Part shown: positions 1-13,919 of the stretch, piece after piece
Position numbering within the stretch: position 1 is the first letter of the stretch
Layout of the letters: each line of letters begins with the position of its first letter
Notes under the pieces: generated by a model
What the model saw: the letters and a program-made list of their open reading frames with translations, nothing else
Databases searched by the model: none
What the model was told of the DNA's origin: nothing
Position numbers and translations under genes: made by a program
From: Lama glama
Lineage: Eukaryota
Length of the DNA stretch: 60,000 nucleotides
NCBI GenBank assembly: GCA_028534125.1
Contig: CM052817.1
Location: 32,676,001 to 32,736,000, forward strand
Direction: 5' to 3'

Positions 1-39
1 CATGTCAGGATCTTCAACAGGCGCTCTCATGGCTCCTTC

Positions 40-210
40 ATTATAACCCAAGATGTAGACACCGTTATGATCTCCACTTCACAGAGGAGGAAATGAAGGC
101 TCAGAGAGGTCAAGTGACTGCCCAAGGTCACACAGCTAGTGAACAGCAAAGGCAGAATTCAGACTCAGGTCTGTATTCCTTTGAAGCCAACGTCCACCCT
201 ATTATACCAT
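40..210 (-). mobile_element. MIR SINE
   Basis: MIR core cacagaggaggaaatgaaggctcagagaggtcaagtgactgcccaaggtcacacagctagt. Confidence 0.8.
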
Positions 211-1021
211 AGGCAGCATTCACTCACAGAGAATATTTCCAGCTTCTCCAGTGGAAATTACAACCTATCACACCTGGGCTCTGACAGAGGATGCTCAAAG
301 CAGTTGTTCCAGAAAACTAACTGCTTATGAGTTAACACTAGATGTCACTTAAATCCTCCACCCCAGGGAGAAAGGATCAGGTGAGGACGTTCGGGGGGTG
401 TTGGGTAATACTGCCTTACTACTTGGTCATAATCAACTTGTCAAGGACACAGAGCCTGGAAAGTCTGGCCACATACAAGGGGACCATTGCTGAGCACAAG
501 TAAAATGAGGCCAAGGGATTTCAAGGTAAACTGGTCCCAGTTTCCCACCTCCACCACAACTTAATCAAGCTTCAAATACCACCACCAAGTGCTGCTGTTG
601 AACAGCTACTGGTGGTGAGCTGGTAACACTTTCAATCCTCTGGCTGAACTGATGCATACTGAAACAGAGACTTCCTAGGAGCCCATCCAGATTGTAAAGG
701 GAGAATGTGTAAAAGCAAATATTGCTACAAAGGCTATTAATATCGCTCTGAAAGTTACACATGCAAAGGAAATCCTTTAAAAGTGGGGTTGGGGGAGGAG
801 GAGAGAACCTGGCCTACTAATGCAATAATTAAATCCTTTTTTCTGGGGCAACTCATACCTTCAAGAACAGGTCTCAATCTCCCCCACCCCAATATTTGCC
901 ACTTCTTAGAACTAAGGAGCATGAACAATTATTTAAAACTTGCAAATGATGAAAATGGCAGTGCAGTTGCTCCAAGAGCTCTAAAACATTTGATTAAAAT
1001 AGTACATTTTAAAATACTTAC

Positions 1022-1102
1022 ATTGACCAATCCGAAGTAGTGTTCATTGATTGGAAACTGCTCTGGACCAATGTCTTTTTCCAGAGCAGAGGCATTGGTG
1101 CC
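1022..1102 (-). CDS. USP46: USP46 coding exon 2 ([27 protein letters not shown])
   Basis: 81 nt, phase 0/0. Acceptor tttttctctcttAG (1103-1104) and donor GTAAGT (1021-1016). The translation matches USP46 residues 13-39, just before the catalytic Cys box. Confidence 0.97.
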
Positions 1103-1859
1103 CTAAGAGAGAAAAACAACAAAAGTTCTGTTGTGTGTAAAATAGACAAGAAAGCAAAATGATACTTGAGAGAATCCACTATGGAGACCAGCATCCCCTC
1201 TGGTCGCCACAGGGTTTGGTGATGGTCCTGCTGAAAGAACAGGTGTCAGAAGTAGACCAGTAGATGAGGTAGTAAGGCCAGCCTATTTCTCTCCTCATCC
1301 AACTTCGTCACTCCCTCGAACTTGTCCTACCCAGCTTCAACTATCTTCTGTCAGGAAAGGAGGTTTGGGACAGGCAGATAAGCAGACTATTGCTCAGAAC
1401 TTCCGAATAAAACATTCTAAGCTTTTATACTACTCGGTGGTGTACAGAATCATACCACCATTTTCAAGGTCAATGGCATCATTCTGATAGAGGTTTATCC
1501 ATCGTGCACCCACTATGTGCCAGGCACCACTCTAGGCTCTGACAACAGAAGAGCAAAGACAGCCGGAAAGAAAAAGCAAGCACAGCGGACGGCAGGTTGG
1601 AAGGTGCTAAGTGCAGGGAAGAAAAACAAAGCAGGAAACGAGGGTGGGACTGCAGGGTATAGGGAGTGGAGGGGAGGAGAGGAGGGAGGAGGTGTGGAGG
1701 GTAGACAGTTGGAGCTCAATTTAAATAGGGGGGTCAGGGAACTGTGAGATCTCCAAGAAATACTGTAAATAATGGAGAAACACAATTTAAAACCTAACAG
1801 TCCCCAAACAGATCAAGTTGGTAAGCCATATGAACCCCAGTTCAACTCTCCAACATGAT

Positions 1860-2085
1860 AAGAAGTTACTGGGTACTCCCACTGTGTGCCAGGAGCTGCA
1901 CTGTTTATTCTCACAACAATACCATTAGGTAAGCACTATCATAAACCCCATTTAACAGACAGGAACTTAAGGCTTAGAATGGTTAAGAATCTGCCCAAGG
2001 GCCATGGGCAGCAAGTCAGTAAGTGGCAGAGCTAGAACCTGAACCCAGGAGTCAGACTTGGGAGCCCATGGTCTTAACCAGATGC
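1860..2085 (-). mobile_element. MIR SINE
   Basis: MIR core cccatttaacagacaggaacttaaggcttagaatggttaag. Confidence 0.75.
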
Positions 2086-2737
2086 GATGCAGAGCAATCC
2101 TATTGAACAAAAGCATTTACTGAGCCCTGCTGAGGGCAAAGCGGTCACTGGTGATCCACACAGATTGCCATTTCCCCCCAAGGCCTGGATGAGTCAGTCT
2201 GCTGGGACAAGGAAAAGTGACCAAAGTTCAGTCCAACCAGGTATGGGGGTGGGGAGGGCCAGGCCCACGTGGACTGGTGGCTCCACCATCCTTCTACAGC
2301 CTTCTCACGTTCCCAGGCAATCGCAGAAGACTCACTGTTCACAGAACCTCAAAGATTTGGGAGACAGGTGTTTTAAAAAGAAAGAGACTACTATGTTTTA
2401 CTTAAAAAAAAAAAAAAAAAGAATCTGCTGCTGCTACTTACTCTGGGCTCACAGAATTAGAATCTCCCATCAAAGAAAGAAATGGCCAAAAAGCAGGCTG
2501 AGAACTGGTCAAAATGGTCACGTGTCAAAAGCAAATATTAAATACAGAATAACTCAATTCTAAGCAAACAGACCCCAGCAGAAATAGCACATTCCACCCT
2601 CTTATCATAATCTCTTTTGTTTCCACTTGTTTTCCAGGTCCATTACATTGTTTCACCAATCGAAATTCCTTTCCCCATCATCAGTAACTTTGAGTTCGGT
2701 GGTCATCTGTGTGCACGACAGTGTTCACTATCTTTTC

Positions 2738-2738
<1 letters not shown>

Positions 2739-2770
<32 letters not shown>
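2739..2770. repeat. (TG)16 microsatellite
   Basis: Read directly from the sequence. Confidence 0.95.
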
Positions 2771-2773
<3 letters not shown>

Positions 2774-5719
2774 TTTTTGTTGCCTTCAAAATAATGTGAC
2801 TCCATATACAAGGCTGAATTTTTAAAAAATAATACTTATAAGAAAGCAGGATTTTATGGTATAGACAAAAATCACTAAAATTTTTCAACAAAGCTACACC
2901 TCAGTCATAAATCGATGTCAATAATGTGTATTAAATACATCCATAGCCACTTTTGAAGCAGCATGAGAATATATGGCTTCGAGCCCAGGAGGGATGTCAG
3001 ATATAAAAGTATACATAGCACATGAGACAGATTTCATTAAATCTTTCTTTATGAGGTAGCCATGTATTCAATCCATGATTTTTGCTATGTGGGAATTCTA
3101 GGGTGGAGTCTGCTTTTTTCTACCTATCTTAATATTTTCCCACTAAAGAGGCAGTTGGCGGGGGCGGCTAGTTATGACTCATACCAAGTACGGTGACCCA
3201 GGGGCAGTGATGAAGAGGAACACCCTGGACAAGAGGCAGGGACCACGAAGGCAGTGCGGGAGCACCCACAGCACAGCTCGGGGAAAGAGAGTGAGCTCAG
3301 TGTCTTCGGTGAAACCTGGCTCTCCCCTGAGGTCCACACTTCCTGCCACCCTTCAGGTCAGGCATGCTCATCTTCTTGCTCAGCGCACACCAGTTCTAGC
3401 AGGGTCAGGAGAGGAGGTCAGCCGGACTCTGATCCTCAGAGCAGCTTCCAGACCACTGCACCTTCACCTGCTGGTCAAAATACCTGCCTTCTGCGCCCTG
3501 TGCCTCCCAGCACTGTACAAACCCCTTCCTTTCTCCTCTTCTGGTCTGACCTGCAATTCACAGACAACCTAGCTCTCCACCCCATCTCCTGTCCTCACAT
3601 TGGGTGGTTTCAGTATCCACGTGGCAGCATCTTCCCACATCCTGCTCGCTCAGTGATCCCATGTCCTCTTTTCCAGCTGCCTTTATCCCTCTCCACTTTT
3701 TTATATTCCACTCCACTCCAGCTACTCACTCCCAAAGACACAACCTGGACTCAGGCTCCTTTTATCTTGTTGCTCTGTCGTCCTTCAGAGTCTACCTTTG
3801 GAAGCAACGTGGCCACTCCAGCTCCCTCCCATCAAACACCCTCTGCCAGGGGGAAGCAGACAAGGTGGGGAGGGACCACTCCTCCCCTTTCAGGAATGCT
3901 CCTGGAAGCCGCACGCATCCCTTCCGCTCATGATCCCGATGGCCAGAATCCTACACACGGACACTCTGAGCTGCCAGGCAAGCTCGGCAAACATACTCTT
4001 TACCTGAGCAGCTACACGCAGCTAGCATCAGCCATGGAAAAAGGACATGGAAGGAACAATCAGCAGTCAATGCGTCAGATGCTCCTCCCTGCCAAGGTTT
4101 GTAACAGCAAAAAGTTAGAAATAACTGGTTAAATAATTATGGTAATAAACAGGATGGAATATCATGTAGCTACTTTTTAAAAAAAGTAAAGTGGCTCTAC
4201 AAGTGTGGCTATGCAAATCTGCCCAAGATGCAGTGATAAGTGAAAACATGTTACAGCGTGACTCTGCGTGCAAGACGGTGCTGGAAACGTCCTCCCGTCA
4301 GTCAGCAGACACGGAGACTCTACATCTGAGGGACACCAAGTGAACAGAGCAGACTGGGCCTGCCTTCAATACCTACATTTTAATGGAAATTCCAGGAGGA
4401 ATGCTTGAGCAGTTATTAGCACTTGTCACTGGTGTCTAGAGATGGGACTGGCAGATGACAAGGCCACCAGGGGGCTTTTTGTTTTCTCAACTGTTCAAAT
4501 TTTCTACTATGAGCATATATTATTTTCGTCATTAAAAATTTAATGAAAAGTTCCCAAACTAACATCCTGCAGACCAGTTATCGAAGTAAACTGCAAGGTA
4601 CATCGCAAACCTGAGAGCCTGCACTTGTACCGCTGGCACCCAGCACTGCGGCACAAAAGGCAAGCGGGAGGCACTGAAAACGACTGACCACACGTGGAAC
4701 AAAAAACTGAGCTATAGCGGCAAATCACAGGGTCTGGAGGGATGAGAAACAGAGTTCTCCTTTCCATCAGTGAAAAAATTTGATAACCTTTGAAAAACAA
4801 TGCACCACACTTTATTAAAAATAGAATCTGGGCTGGGACAAGTTCCAACAAGAAGAATGCTGGCTCTTCAAAGCACTTCTGAAAGCAACTGTGTGACTGC
4901 CGAGGGGTGCTACAAACACAAAACCAGCAATAGCAACACCTTGGAAAGGATGAATCACAAATGTATCAGGTGGGTATAGAAAGGCATTTCTCTTAAAGCA
5001 ATTCTAAAGGCAATTTAAAAGGAAAACATGTTAGAATTTCTTCCTCTGGGGGAAGGGGGAAGGAGACAGATCCTTGCCCAGGAGGACATAATGAAAACAA
5101 CAGGACTGCAAGGTCTATAAAAACTGACTAGAACACTGTCATAATATGCAGGAGCCTAAACCAAAAACAGAGACCAGGAAGGGGCGCTGGAGATCAGCTA
5201 GACCATTTCACAGATGTAAAAACCAAGGCCCAGAGACGTAAATGTATTTGTCACACCCAAGGCGACCCGTTCTGTTGCATCCTGAGGCAGGCAGGCAGGC
5301 AGGCTCTCTTTCCAGTTTGTATAAAGCAGAGAAAGGTCCAAAGTAACATGGAAGGATTTCTAAGTACATAGAGAATAATTCATTCATTATAAACCATGAA
5401 TTAAAATATATGACAGGGGAGGTGAATGTTGTTGCTAAAACCACATTTTTAGCTCTATGTTCAAAATAAGGCTATTTTACTTACTTTACAAGTATGATTT
5501 CAAAGTACAAAAGTACATAGAGGACTAATTCTCAAAAGGACTAGTATTCCCAGACTTCTGAGGACAAAGGGTCATTCCTTGAGCCTTACAGAGAAAGGGA
5601 AGCAAAAATGAAGTGATACAGCCCAAGATCTCAGGATGAGTCAGGAGCCTCTTGTCAGAATTCAAGGTTGGTTAGGGAGGAATTACAGTCACTGACCCCC
5701 AGATGTAACTAGTGATAAT

Positions 5720-5940
5720 AATTATAGATAACAGTCACTGCTCTAAGCACCTGATATATACTTTACTCATTTAAATCTTCATAATAACTCCATGAGGTAG
5801 GTGCTACTACTGACCCCATTTTAAAGATTAGAAAACTGAGGCACAGAGAGGGTGGATGCAGCCAATAAATACTGGAACTGGATTTGAACTTAACTGAGTC
5901 TGTCTCCAGAGTGTATGCTCCCAGCCATTACACAATACTG
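5720..5940 (-). mobile_element. MIR SINE
   Basis: ccccattttaaagattagaaaactgaggcacagagagg. Confidence 0.75.
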
Positions 5941-6875
5941 ACTGTCAAGGTGGCGGGGTCCCCTCCGAACCCCAGAAGTGCAGGAACTGAAGAACTGAGG
6001 AAATAGAAGGGGTCACTGAGTTATACAGGTAAACCCCTACTTTTGAGCCACCCCTCAGAATATACTAGAATGAGGAACATACGTATCCTTTTTTGTAAAA
6101 TCACCACAGAATACTGCAACCTGTTTAATGAAAATGTAACACTGAGGTTGGGAGTCAGGAGAAACTTCAGATGTAGTCAAGAAGTGGATTTTTTTTCCCC
6201 CAAAATGGTTTCAGGCTGTGAATCTTTAGCCAAATAGGAAAAGAAAATAATATTGTTTAAGACAGAAAGAAAACAACATCAAAAAGTAGAAACGAGTTCT
6301 GAGGAGTAAACCATTTTACTCCTAACAGTGGAATAATGTGCCCTCTTACTTCCCTAACTTCTAAATTTTGGGGTAGATACTGACATATATATAAAACAAA
6401 CAAACAAACAAACAATGGACCAGAGAGAAAGAATCTACCAGAAGTATGCAGAACAAAATATGCTAATGCATTGATACAGTTCATCTCTCAGTGTGGGGAT
6501 TACTTTGGAGGGGTGAGTGGGAAGAAGTGCTGTGAATTCCATCAGGGGAAGAACTGCCATTGTTTTCTTACCCAAAGAAAGCTGTAAAATTACCTGTGTG
6601 CCTCTACAGAGGCAGAAATGCAGGCTGCAATTCTGAGCCTCTTGGTTCAGAAGGAGTGCATCCAGTTCTCTGAGCCCCCAGAGCCATCCCCTCTACCTCT
6701 CCACCTCCTCCTCAGCATTGGCTTTAATGGCAACGTCTTCAATGTCAAAGCTACCACCCCAGCCCCTGACCCTTCCCTCTCACAGAATCCTGTATCTCAC
6801 TTCACATAACTTACCACAATTTGTAATAACATACTTTTGGGGGGGCTATTTAACATCTGTCTTCCCACTGGACCA

Positions 6876-7085
6876 CAGGTTGGCAAATGTCAATCCATGG
6901 GTCAAATGTGGCCCATCAACTGCTGTTGTAAATGAAGTTTTATTGGAACACTGCCACGATCATTCATTTACTTATTGCTGCTACTTTCAAATACAATAGT
7001 AGAGTAGTTGTGACAGAGACACTGCAGCCCACAAAGCCTAAAATATTTACCATCAAGCCCTTTACCAACAAACGTGCCAACCCCT
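6876..7085 (+). mobile_element. MER58A-like hAT element inserted in L2
   Basis: Ends caggttggcaaa...tgccaacccct, core aagttttattggaacac, and an imperfect 8-bp TSD ctggacca/ctagacca. Confidence 0.75.
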
Positions 7086-8979
7086 ACACTAGACCATAAA
7101 CTCTATGAGGACAGGGGTTACGTCTGATTGGGTTCCCAGGACCTTGCAGAACATCTGGCCTATAAAAGGCACTTACTAAATTTGCTGGTTAAATAAACTT
7201 GGTAAGCAGGGTAAGCAGTACATGCCACTCGCTGTTCAGAGCACCTCACATCTCTGTGTTCACTGAACCTTGTCCACTAAGCAAGGCAGTTCCACTCATG
7301 CAGGAACGGAGGGACCTGCTCAAGCCCACTCAGCCAGTAAAGGCGGTGCCGGGACTCAACTCCCAGGCCACTCGGTTCCAGAGTGTGAGCTCCTGACCAC
7401 AGTTAGGAAAGATCATCTCTTCTTTCACATCTCTAGTAATTCCTTAGCTGCAGATGTAGGGACTGGGCAGAGGGTCACGTCTGTTTCTGAGCATGTCCTC
7501 TTGGGCTGTTGGCTGTCACACAGCACATAACCAGGTGTGCACAGTACCCAGAGGGGCTACAATGCCGCCCATCCTGCTCAGAGAGCAGACAGGTCACGTG
7601 GTCCCACCAAGCAACACTGAGCGACATTCTCCCTCCAAATGTCACCCAGACTCACTCGCCCCATTTCACAGGTGGGGGAAATGAGGTGGTTAAATGACTT
7701 GCCAAGGTTAGTATGAGGCACAGGTCAGCTGTGAAGCCAGGATCTTAATCCCATCACACTACAAATACAACTCCTGTGCTCATGGTGCTCCTCTGCCTCC
7801 CATTCCCCTCCCGGCTTCCATGAGGAGCCAGGCATCCACAGGAAGGTAGTTAAAGGGCAGTTTCATTCTGCACCATGACAGCATAACAGTTCCACACCTT
7901 CTACGATCCCAAGGGGGGAAAAATAGCTGGAAAAAACCTCAACATGACGTCACTTAAAAACCATAACAGAAGCAAAGACGTCTGCTACTGAAGAAAGGCG
8001 ACCTGGGGATACATCATGATCCCAAGTCCTCACAGAAGGGACGGTAAAGAGCAGCTAGAGACTCTGGCTTGTAAAACAACTCTCCACCTGTCTAGAGACA
8101 GCATAACAAAGTCCCCAGGCAAAGACAAAATTTCAACTCAAACATTGAACAAAGAAAACTGGGTCTGGGTCTGTCCTCCAGCTGAAAATGAAGGAGGACA
8201 TGTTCACCCAGTCACTGAATTCAGTGAGCTTGAGGCAAGAACCCCATTCCCAACCCAATGTCTGCAAAGTCATCAAGATGCCTCCTTGACTATGAAGTCT
8301 CTTAAGCTCCTACTTTACCCAGAGGTATCCTTCCTATCACTTCCCCGGAAGGCAGCACTGGTGGCATGGGATCCTGGCAAAGCCCCAGGTCAAAGAAGCC
8401 AACTCTGCAAATTTAACTAATAGAGTACTTCCAAGTACCTTCTTCACAACTCTCTAGTTCAACTAGAGAACTCAAGGTCTTCATCAGCGAAAAATCAGAA
8501 CACCAGGATCCCCACCTCACAGGGTGGAATCCCTACCCTTGCATCAGTATTGCACATCAGAGCTATGTTACTCTAATGTAACGAAAACATTCTGCAACAT
8601 ACTGATTAGGAAACATAAAATATAAAATTTCATGCTCTCTTCTTCCATCCCCAAAGAGGGTGGCAATTGGAGAAAAGAGAGCGAGCAAGGGATCTTTACT
8701 GCAGTATGACACAAAGTGTTCACACTGCCATGGGCGAAGTCCAAAAACTGAAAACATGTATAATGAATGGACAGAGTAATTTTGTATCTGTCAAGTTTAG
8801 TCACAAAAACGGGGTTTGTGTCTTACGTATCTTTGGGATTTCTATTCCATTTTGCGATTAATTTTTCATTGCATTTTACAAAAGTATCAGTCTGTGACAT
8901 ATTGAAAATAAAAATAAAACTGGTCCTTCCCCACAGACTTTGAAAATAATTGCCAACAGCAAAGCAGTTAAATGAAACT

Positions 8980-9720
8980 GAGCTTGTTTTCTGAAATGTG
9001 TGAATAGCTGCTCGAGCTCACTCCTAATCTGAGAAATGCAAACTAAAAATAAACGAACACACCATTTTTTTCCTCTACTGGCAAAGATCAAAAGGTTTTT
9101 GGATAGCACCCCACTTTGGCAAGGCTGAGGGCAACAAGAGTCACACATATTGATAGTGGAAGGCAATGTGGCAAAAACCCATCTGTGTAATACACGCAAA
9201 TCCACTTCTAGGAAGTCAGCTAATAGATATACTCCCACATATACCAAATGATGTATGGACAAAGTTGTTCCCTGCAGGCTTGTTTGTAAAAACCAAAGAC
9301 TGGAAAACTACCTTCATGCCCAGCAGCAGGAGGCTAGTTAAGTGAATTCAATACTTGCAGGCAATTGACTACTCTGCAGCCATCAAAAAAAAAAAAAAAA
9401 AAAAAATAGAGGATGCCCTTTACACACTAGCATGGATTCACTTCCAAGATACAAAAAGCAAAGGTCAGATCAGGAATGATCAGCATATGCTACGAGCACG
9501 ATTTGTGTTTTAAAAAACTCGGAGAGAAATATTAACATATTTGTTTGTATATACATAAGATACCTCTGAATGGAAGCTGAAGAAACTGTAAATACTGATG
9601 GATGCCAGAGACAAGAACTGGGTATGTTTGCAACACATGTCTTTTTGTACAATCTAAAAGTTCTACCAGATGAACTCACAGGACTTCTTCAAAAACTTTA
9701 AAAATCTTTTTAAAAGAAAG
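8980..9720 (+). mobile_element. Old L1M fragment
   Basis: Degraded ORF2 end and 3' UTR motifs (ccacttctagga..., actactctgcagccatcaaaa). Confidence 0.65.
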
Positions 9721-10549
9721 AAACTGAGTGTAGCTACTCATATGTTTCTGTCAGGAACACCTAACTGTGTACACCATGTAACACAAAAGGGTTTGTTGTA
9801 TGCTTATCAGATGACTGAAAATCTTTCACTACATGAAGTGCCCTCATTACTAGGAAAGGAAAAACACTGTATCCTGACTGATGATTACAAAGGCTTTGCC
9901 ACACACCATCAGCCCTGTGTCTTCCAGCAAGATCTCAGTCGGAAATCACAGCTTCTTCCTCCTTTTGTCTGCTCCACATGCTTCCCCTCCCTAGTCTTGC
10001 CTCTGATTGGAAACCGCATTGAGTTCACAACATACTAGCTCATCTCCTTCTCAGCACCACTCACCAGAAGTCACAGTTCTTAACACCTTACAGACCCAAA
10101 AAGACCTAACTCACCTGCCCAATGTCACGAAAGCTACAAAGCGGCAGAGTCAGGACTGGAAGCTGGGACCTGGGATCTGGGGTTCAGGGCTCTTTCTGCT
10201 ACAGCCTTTGGACTCCTTTGCTAGTGGGAAGGAAGGGGGCACTAGAAGAAAACAGCAATTAAATAGCCAGGCATTGGGCTAAGCACTAGACAAAAATGAC
10301 TCCACTAATGTCCCACAACACCCTAGGGAGGGAAGTTCTCTCCTCACCCACGTGCTATGGATGAGAAGCAGTCTCTGAGAGTCTGGATGACGGCGTGCTC
10401 TCACACCCACCCAACAGCGCTGTGGAAACTCCAACCAAATCCCATCCACGTGCTCCCCTGCCTCCAGAGGAAGCTCGCCAGCCTGCAATCTGCCAACCAG
10501 GTAAACCATAAAGAACCTCTTATCTGAGCCAACATCTCCCACACTATGG

Positions 10550-10818
10550 ACCAGGAATCCCCGAGGGAAGGGAGATAATCTTAGGTGGCATGAGTATGAA
10601 CATTTTTAACTTTGGCAATTATGCTTTTGATATGTATTAGAAAAGCATATAACTAGCTCATCAAACCCATTCCTTCACAGATGTCTCCGCACAGAACGAG
10701 GCCAAATTAAAAGAAGCTGAACAGATTTAAGGACAACTACTAAATAAATAAGTTTGGGTGGTTCTGAGATACAGTGAAAACCATGGAGGACAACAGGCTG
10801 ACATTTGAGAATCACTGG
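10550..10818. mobile_element. MER113-like hAT-Charlie element
   Basis: atataactagctcatcaaacccat...tttgagaatcactg. Confidence 0.55.
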
Positions 10819-11644
10819 GCTAAGCAAGCAGATCCAGTCCGTGGTGTTCCTCTAGAGGGAGAGAAACTTGGGGACACCTCAGCATCCAAGGCACATTAGT
10901 TCTGAATGTCGCTTTATGTGTATTCATTTTTCATCTGCCCTCCCCTCTCCATACCACACGGCCTCTGCAGGACAAAGTCAGCAGAGCATCCTGAAACCCT
11001 GTACTTAAAGGGCAGTGTCCTGTGGCAGCTTAACCGGAATAGCACTAATTCCACCTACAGTAGATCAACTGGTACCGAATAATTATTTTGAGCACTGCCT
11101 CCTACTCCGCCTCTCTCTGAGTTTCTGACTTGGAGAGCTGACTGGGAGAAAGCTGTGAACCTCTCTCTAGCCCTGCATACCCCAGAGACAGTGAGCAGCA
11201 CTCCCCCCGCCCCAATCTCCCAGCATCTGCAGTCAGAATGACACCATCTGGTGAATTTCGCCTCTGCTCTTGCCCAGCCTCCTTCCCCAATCCTACTCCT
11301 TCCCAAACGCCCACTAAATGTAGACAGCAGGTCAAAATGAAAGAATTCCTACCAACCCAATGGCTCTGTGCTTTGAGTAAACCAAAGGAAAATGTTCAAC
11401 ACTAAAAGATAATTTTGAAAATATGCAAGAGGGCATCACAGCTCACAAAATGCTTCAGTAGGCACGGCAGCCTTTGATTCTCCTGAAAACACGAGGAGGA
11501 GGGTATTTCATCATGTCTTTTTGTGTTGTAAAAAGATGGGGAAACAGGTTCTGAGATTTAGCAAGCAGGATTTCAAACCCCAAACTCCTCCACTTTAGAT
11601 CTGTAAGTAAGAAAAAAATTGTTTTCTTTTTCTTCTTAGGGCCT

Positions 11645-11805
11645 TGATACTCTAACTGTGCACCCCAAACCAGGAGCATCTGGCCACCGGAGAGCTTGCT
11701 AGAAATGCAAAAGCTCAGCCCCACTCCTGACCTCCTAAATCAGAATCTGCATTTTAACAAGATCCCCAGGTAATTCCTGCGGACAGCAACATTTGAGGAA
11801 CACTG
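11645..11805. mobile_element. MER5A
   Basis: gagcttgctagaaatgcaaa...aatcagaatctgcattttaacaagatccccaggtaattc. Confidence 0.8.
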
Positions 11806-12457
11806 CTTTGCTGCAAAGGCAATCCCCCCGCTCTACCACACTACAGCTCTCCTTTCATGTACCCAGTCATTACATACTGTGCGCCTACCACACGTGTGCT
11901 AGGTGCTGTGCTGAATGCTGGGAAATCAACAGTGGGTAAGAGAACATAGCTCCTGTCCTCGTGGAGTCTAACACAGAGGTTTTTCAACCCTGGATGCTCA
12001 TCAGAATCAACTATGGCTCTAAAAAAGGTGGGGGGGGCCTAAAACCCACCCCAACCTACCTACACCTCCACACAGTCAGAAACAGCTTCAAGTCCTAGAA
12101 GCTGTGACTCAGAAGAGCTCCAACTCATGCAGCTACCTTGGAGAGCAATTCGACAATATCTAGGGAAGCTGCAGTGGGCATATCCCAGGGCAGCGTTTCC
12201 CCTTCCAGGACGATAATCCTGGAGAAATGGAGGCACGTGGGCAAGGAAGACAGGAATGCTCACTGCAGCACTGTTTCCAGACAGAATATTTTGGAAACTA
12301 TCCAATTGTTCTCCAATAAGGACAAGGATAAGTAAACCGTGGTTCAAAGAACACTGTTAAGGAGTCATTAGAATGAATAAATAAATAGATGGATACGTGT
12401 CAACATATTCTCGAGGGTAACTGTTGAGTGGAAAAGATAGTTGCAAAAAGCCACATA

Positions 12458-12462
<5 letters not shown>

Positions 12463-12498
<36 letters not shown>
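12463..12498. repeat. (AC)18 microsatellite
   Basis: Read directly from the sequence. Confidence 0.95.
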
Positions 12499-12500
<2 letters not shown>

Positions 12501-13919
12501 ATAGACTGCTATGGATTCATAAATATGAAGTACACAGACATGCCTGGTAAACACATACCATCTTCAGGAAAATAGATAGTTCTAGGAGGAGAGGAGAGGG
12601 GCAGGGGTGGTTAAGGGTTTTTTTTTTAAGGTAGTATCTCTAAAAAGAGATCTTAGCCAAGGACGATTAAATTATGTCTGTTAAATCCGAAAGGCTGGCA
12701 TTTGGGGATATAAGATACATTAAATTACATTCTTTTTTTTCCATACTTTTTTGGGTGTTAATAATGTTCCGTGATTTAATTTTTTTTTAATTTCTTTCAA
12801 AAGCTTCAAGGAGAATGTGATTTACAGCCAGGGTTGGAAACCCCTGTTCTAGGAGCATAAAGTAATAAAACTCTAGCAATTTAATATCAGGAAATACATC
12901 TACAAAACAGCAATGATCTATAGCTCTTGCAGTTAAATTACTACCTTAAATAGTCTTACATAGAATTTTAAAAACTTTCACGTGGCAGATAATTTCTATA
13001 AGGTACATATATATATATTTTTAGGAGACTGAGGTTATTACCAAAGGAAAGCAATATTTCTCAAAGTGGGACCCTCACCTGCAGCAGAAAGAAGGCATGA
13101 GAAGGGAAGGGAGTACTTGTTACAATGCAGATTCCACGTTCCCAGCCTTAGACTGAATCAAAATCCCTGGGGGCAGAAACCCAGGGTCTGAATTTTTAAT
13201 AAAATAATGCACCTGAGGGCACAATTCTTTGGTACACTAAAGAAATGACTCATGTATAACATATTTTAAGTTGTTGTTAATCATATTTTTAAAACCATAC
13301 GTGTCTATGTTCAAGAAGGTGACATTCGTCATACTCTGAAAATTAAAATAAAGCACAAGGCATGTTTTCTAAATATTTGAGGTCGTAATTCCACAAGTAC
13401 ATTCAAGTAGATCCTGATAAAAGCTGACTTCCCGCATAGTGTATCTAACCCAGAGACGAAGAAATGTATTTTAGGAAGAATGTAACTTCGCATTGCCTTT
13501 CTTAAAAGAACTTCAAAAAGCAACTGGGTAAACAGGAAAACTCCACCGGTCCAGCCCTGCTACTGTCCTCACCGGAAGGGGCCCCAGACACGATACTCAC
13601 CACAGCCAAATTCAATTAAACAAAGCAGGAGTGATGTCACTTGAGCTGAGACCTGGCTAGCACAGCAACAGATCCCAAATTTCCTCTCAATACTCAAGCT
13701 ATCATCTAGACTCCAGTCTATAATCCTTTTGCTGCAAGTTTTCCCTCATCTTATTATCACATCCTCAGCCTCTACCTTCAGTTCCATCCTTATCTTTCTT
13801 GAGTTTCTCTCTGGTCTCCCTGATGCTCCCCTTCATCCGTTTCCCTGTGCAGACAAAACCAACACTGCAATCCAGACTTGCAAGCCTTAGAAAACCGCTC
13901 CGGAGCCCCTGGATTAAAA

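Noticed and set aside
3254..4132. 292-aa plus-strand ORF in USP46 intron 1
   Set aside because: GTG start, Ser/Pro-rich with no domain, antisense to USP46, and its 3' end runs into L1-like sequence.
7945..7952. Perfect CRE palindrome TGACGTCA (another at 54752-54759)
   Set aside because: An isolated 8-mer is expected about once per 60 kb by chance, and there is no supporting context.
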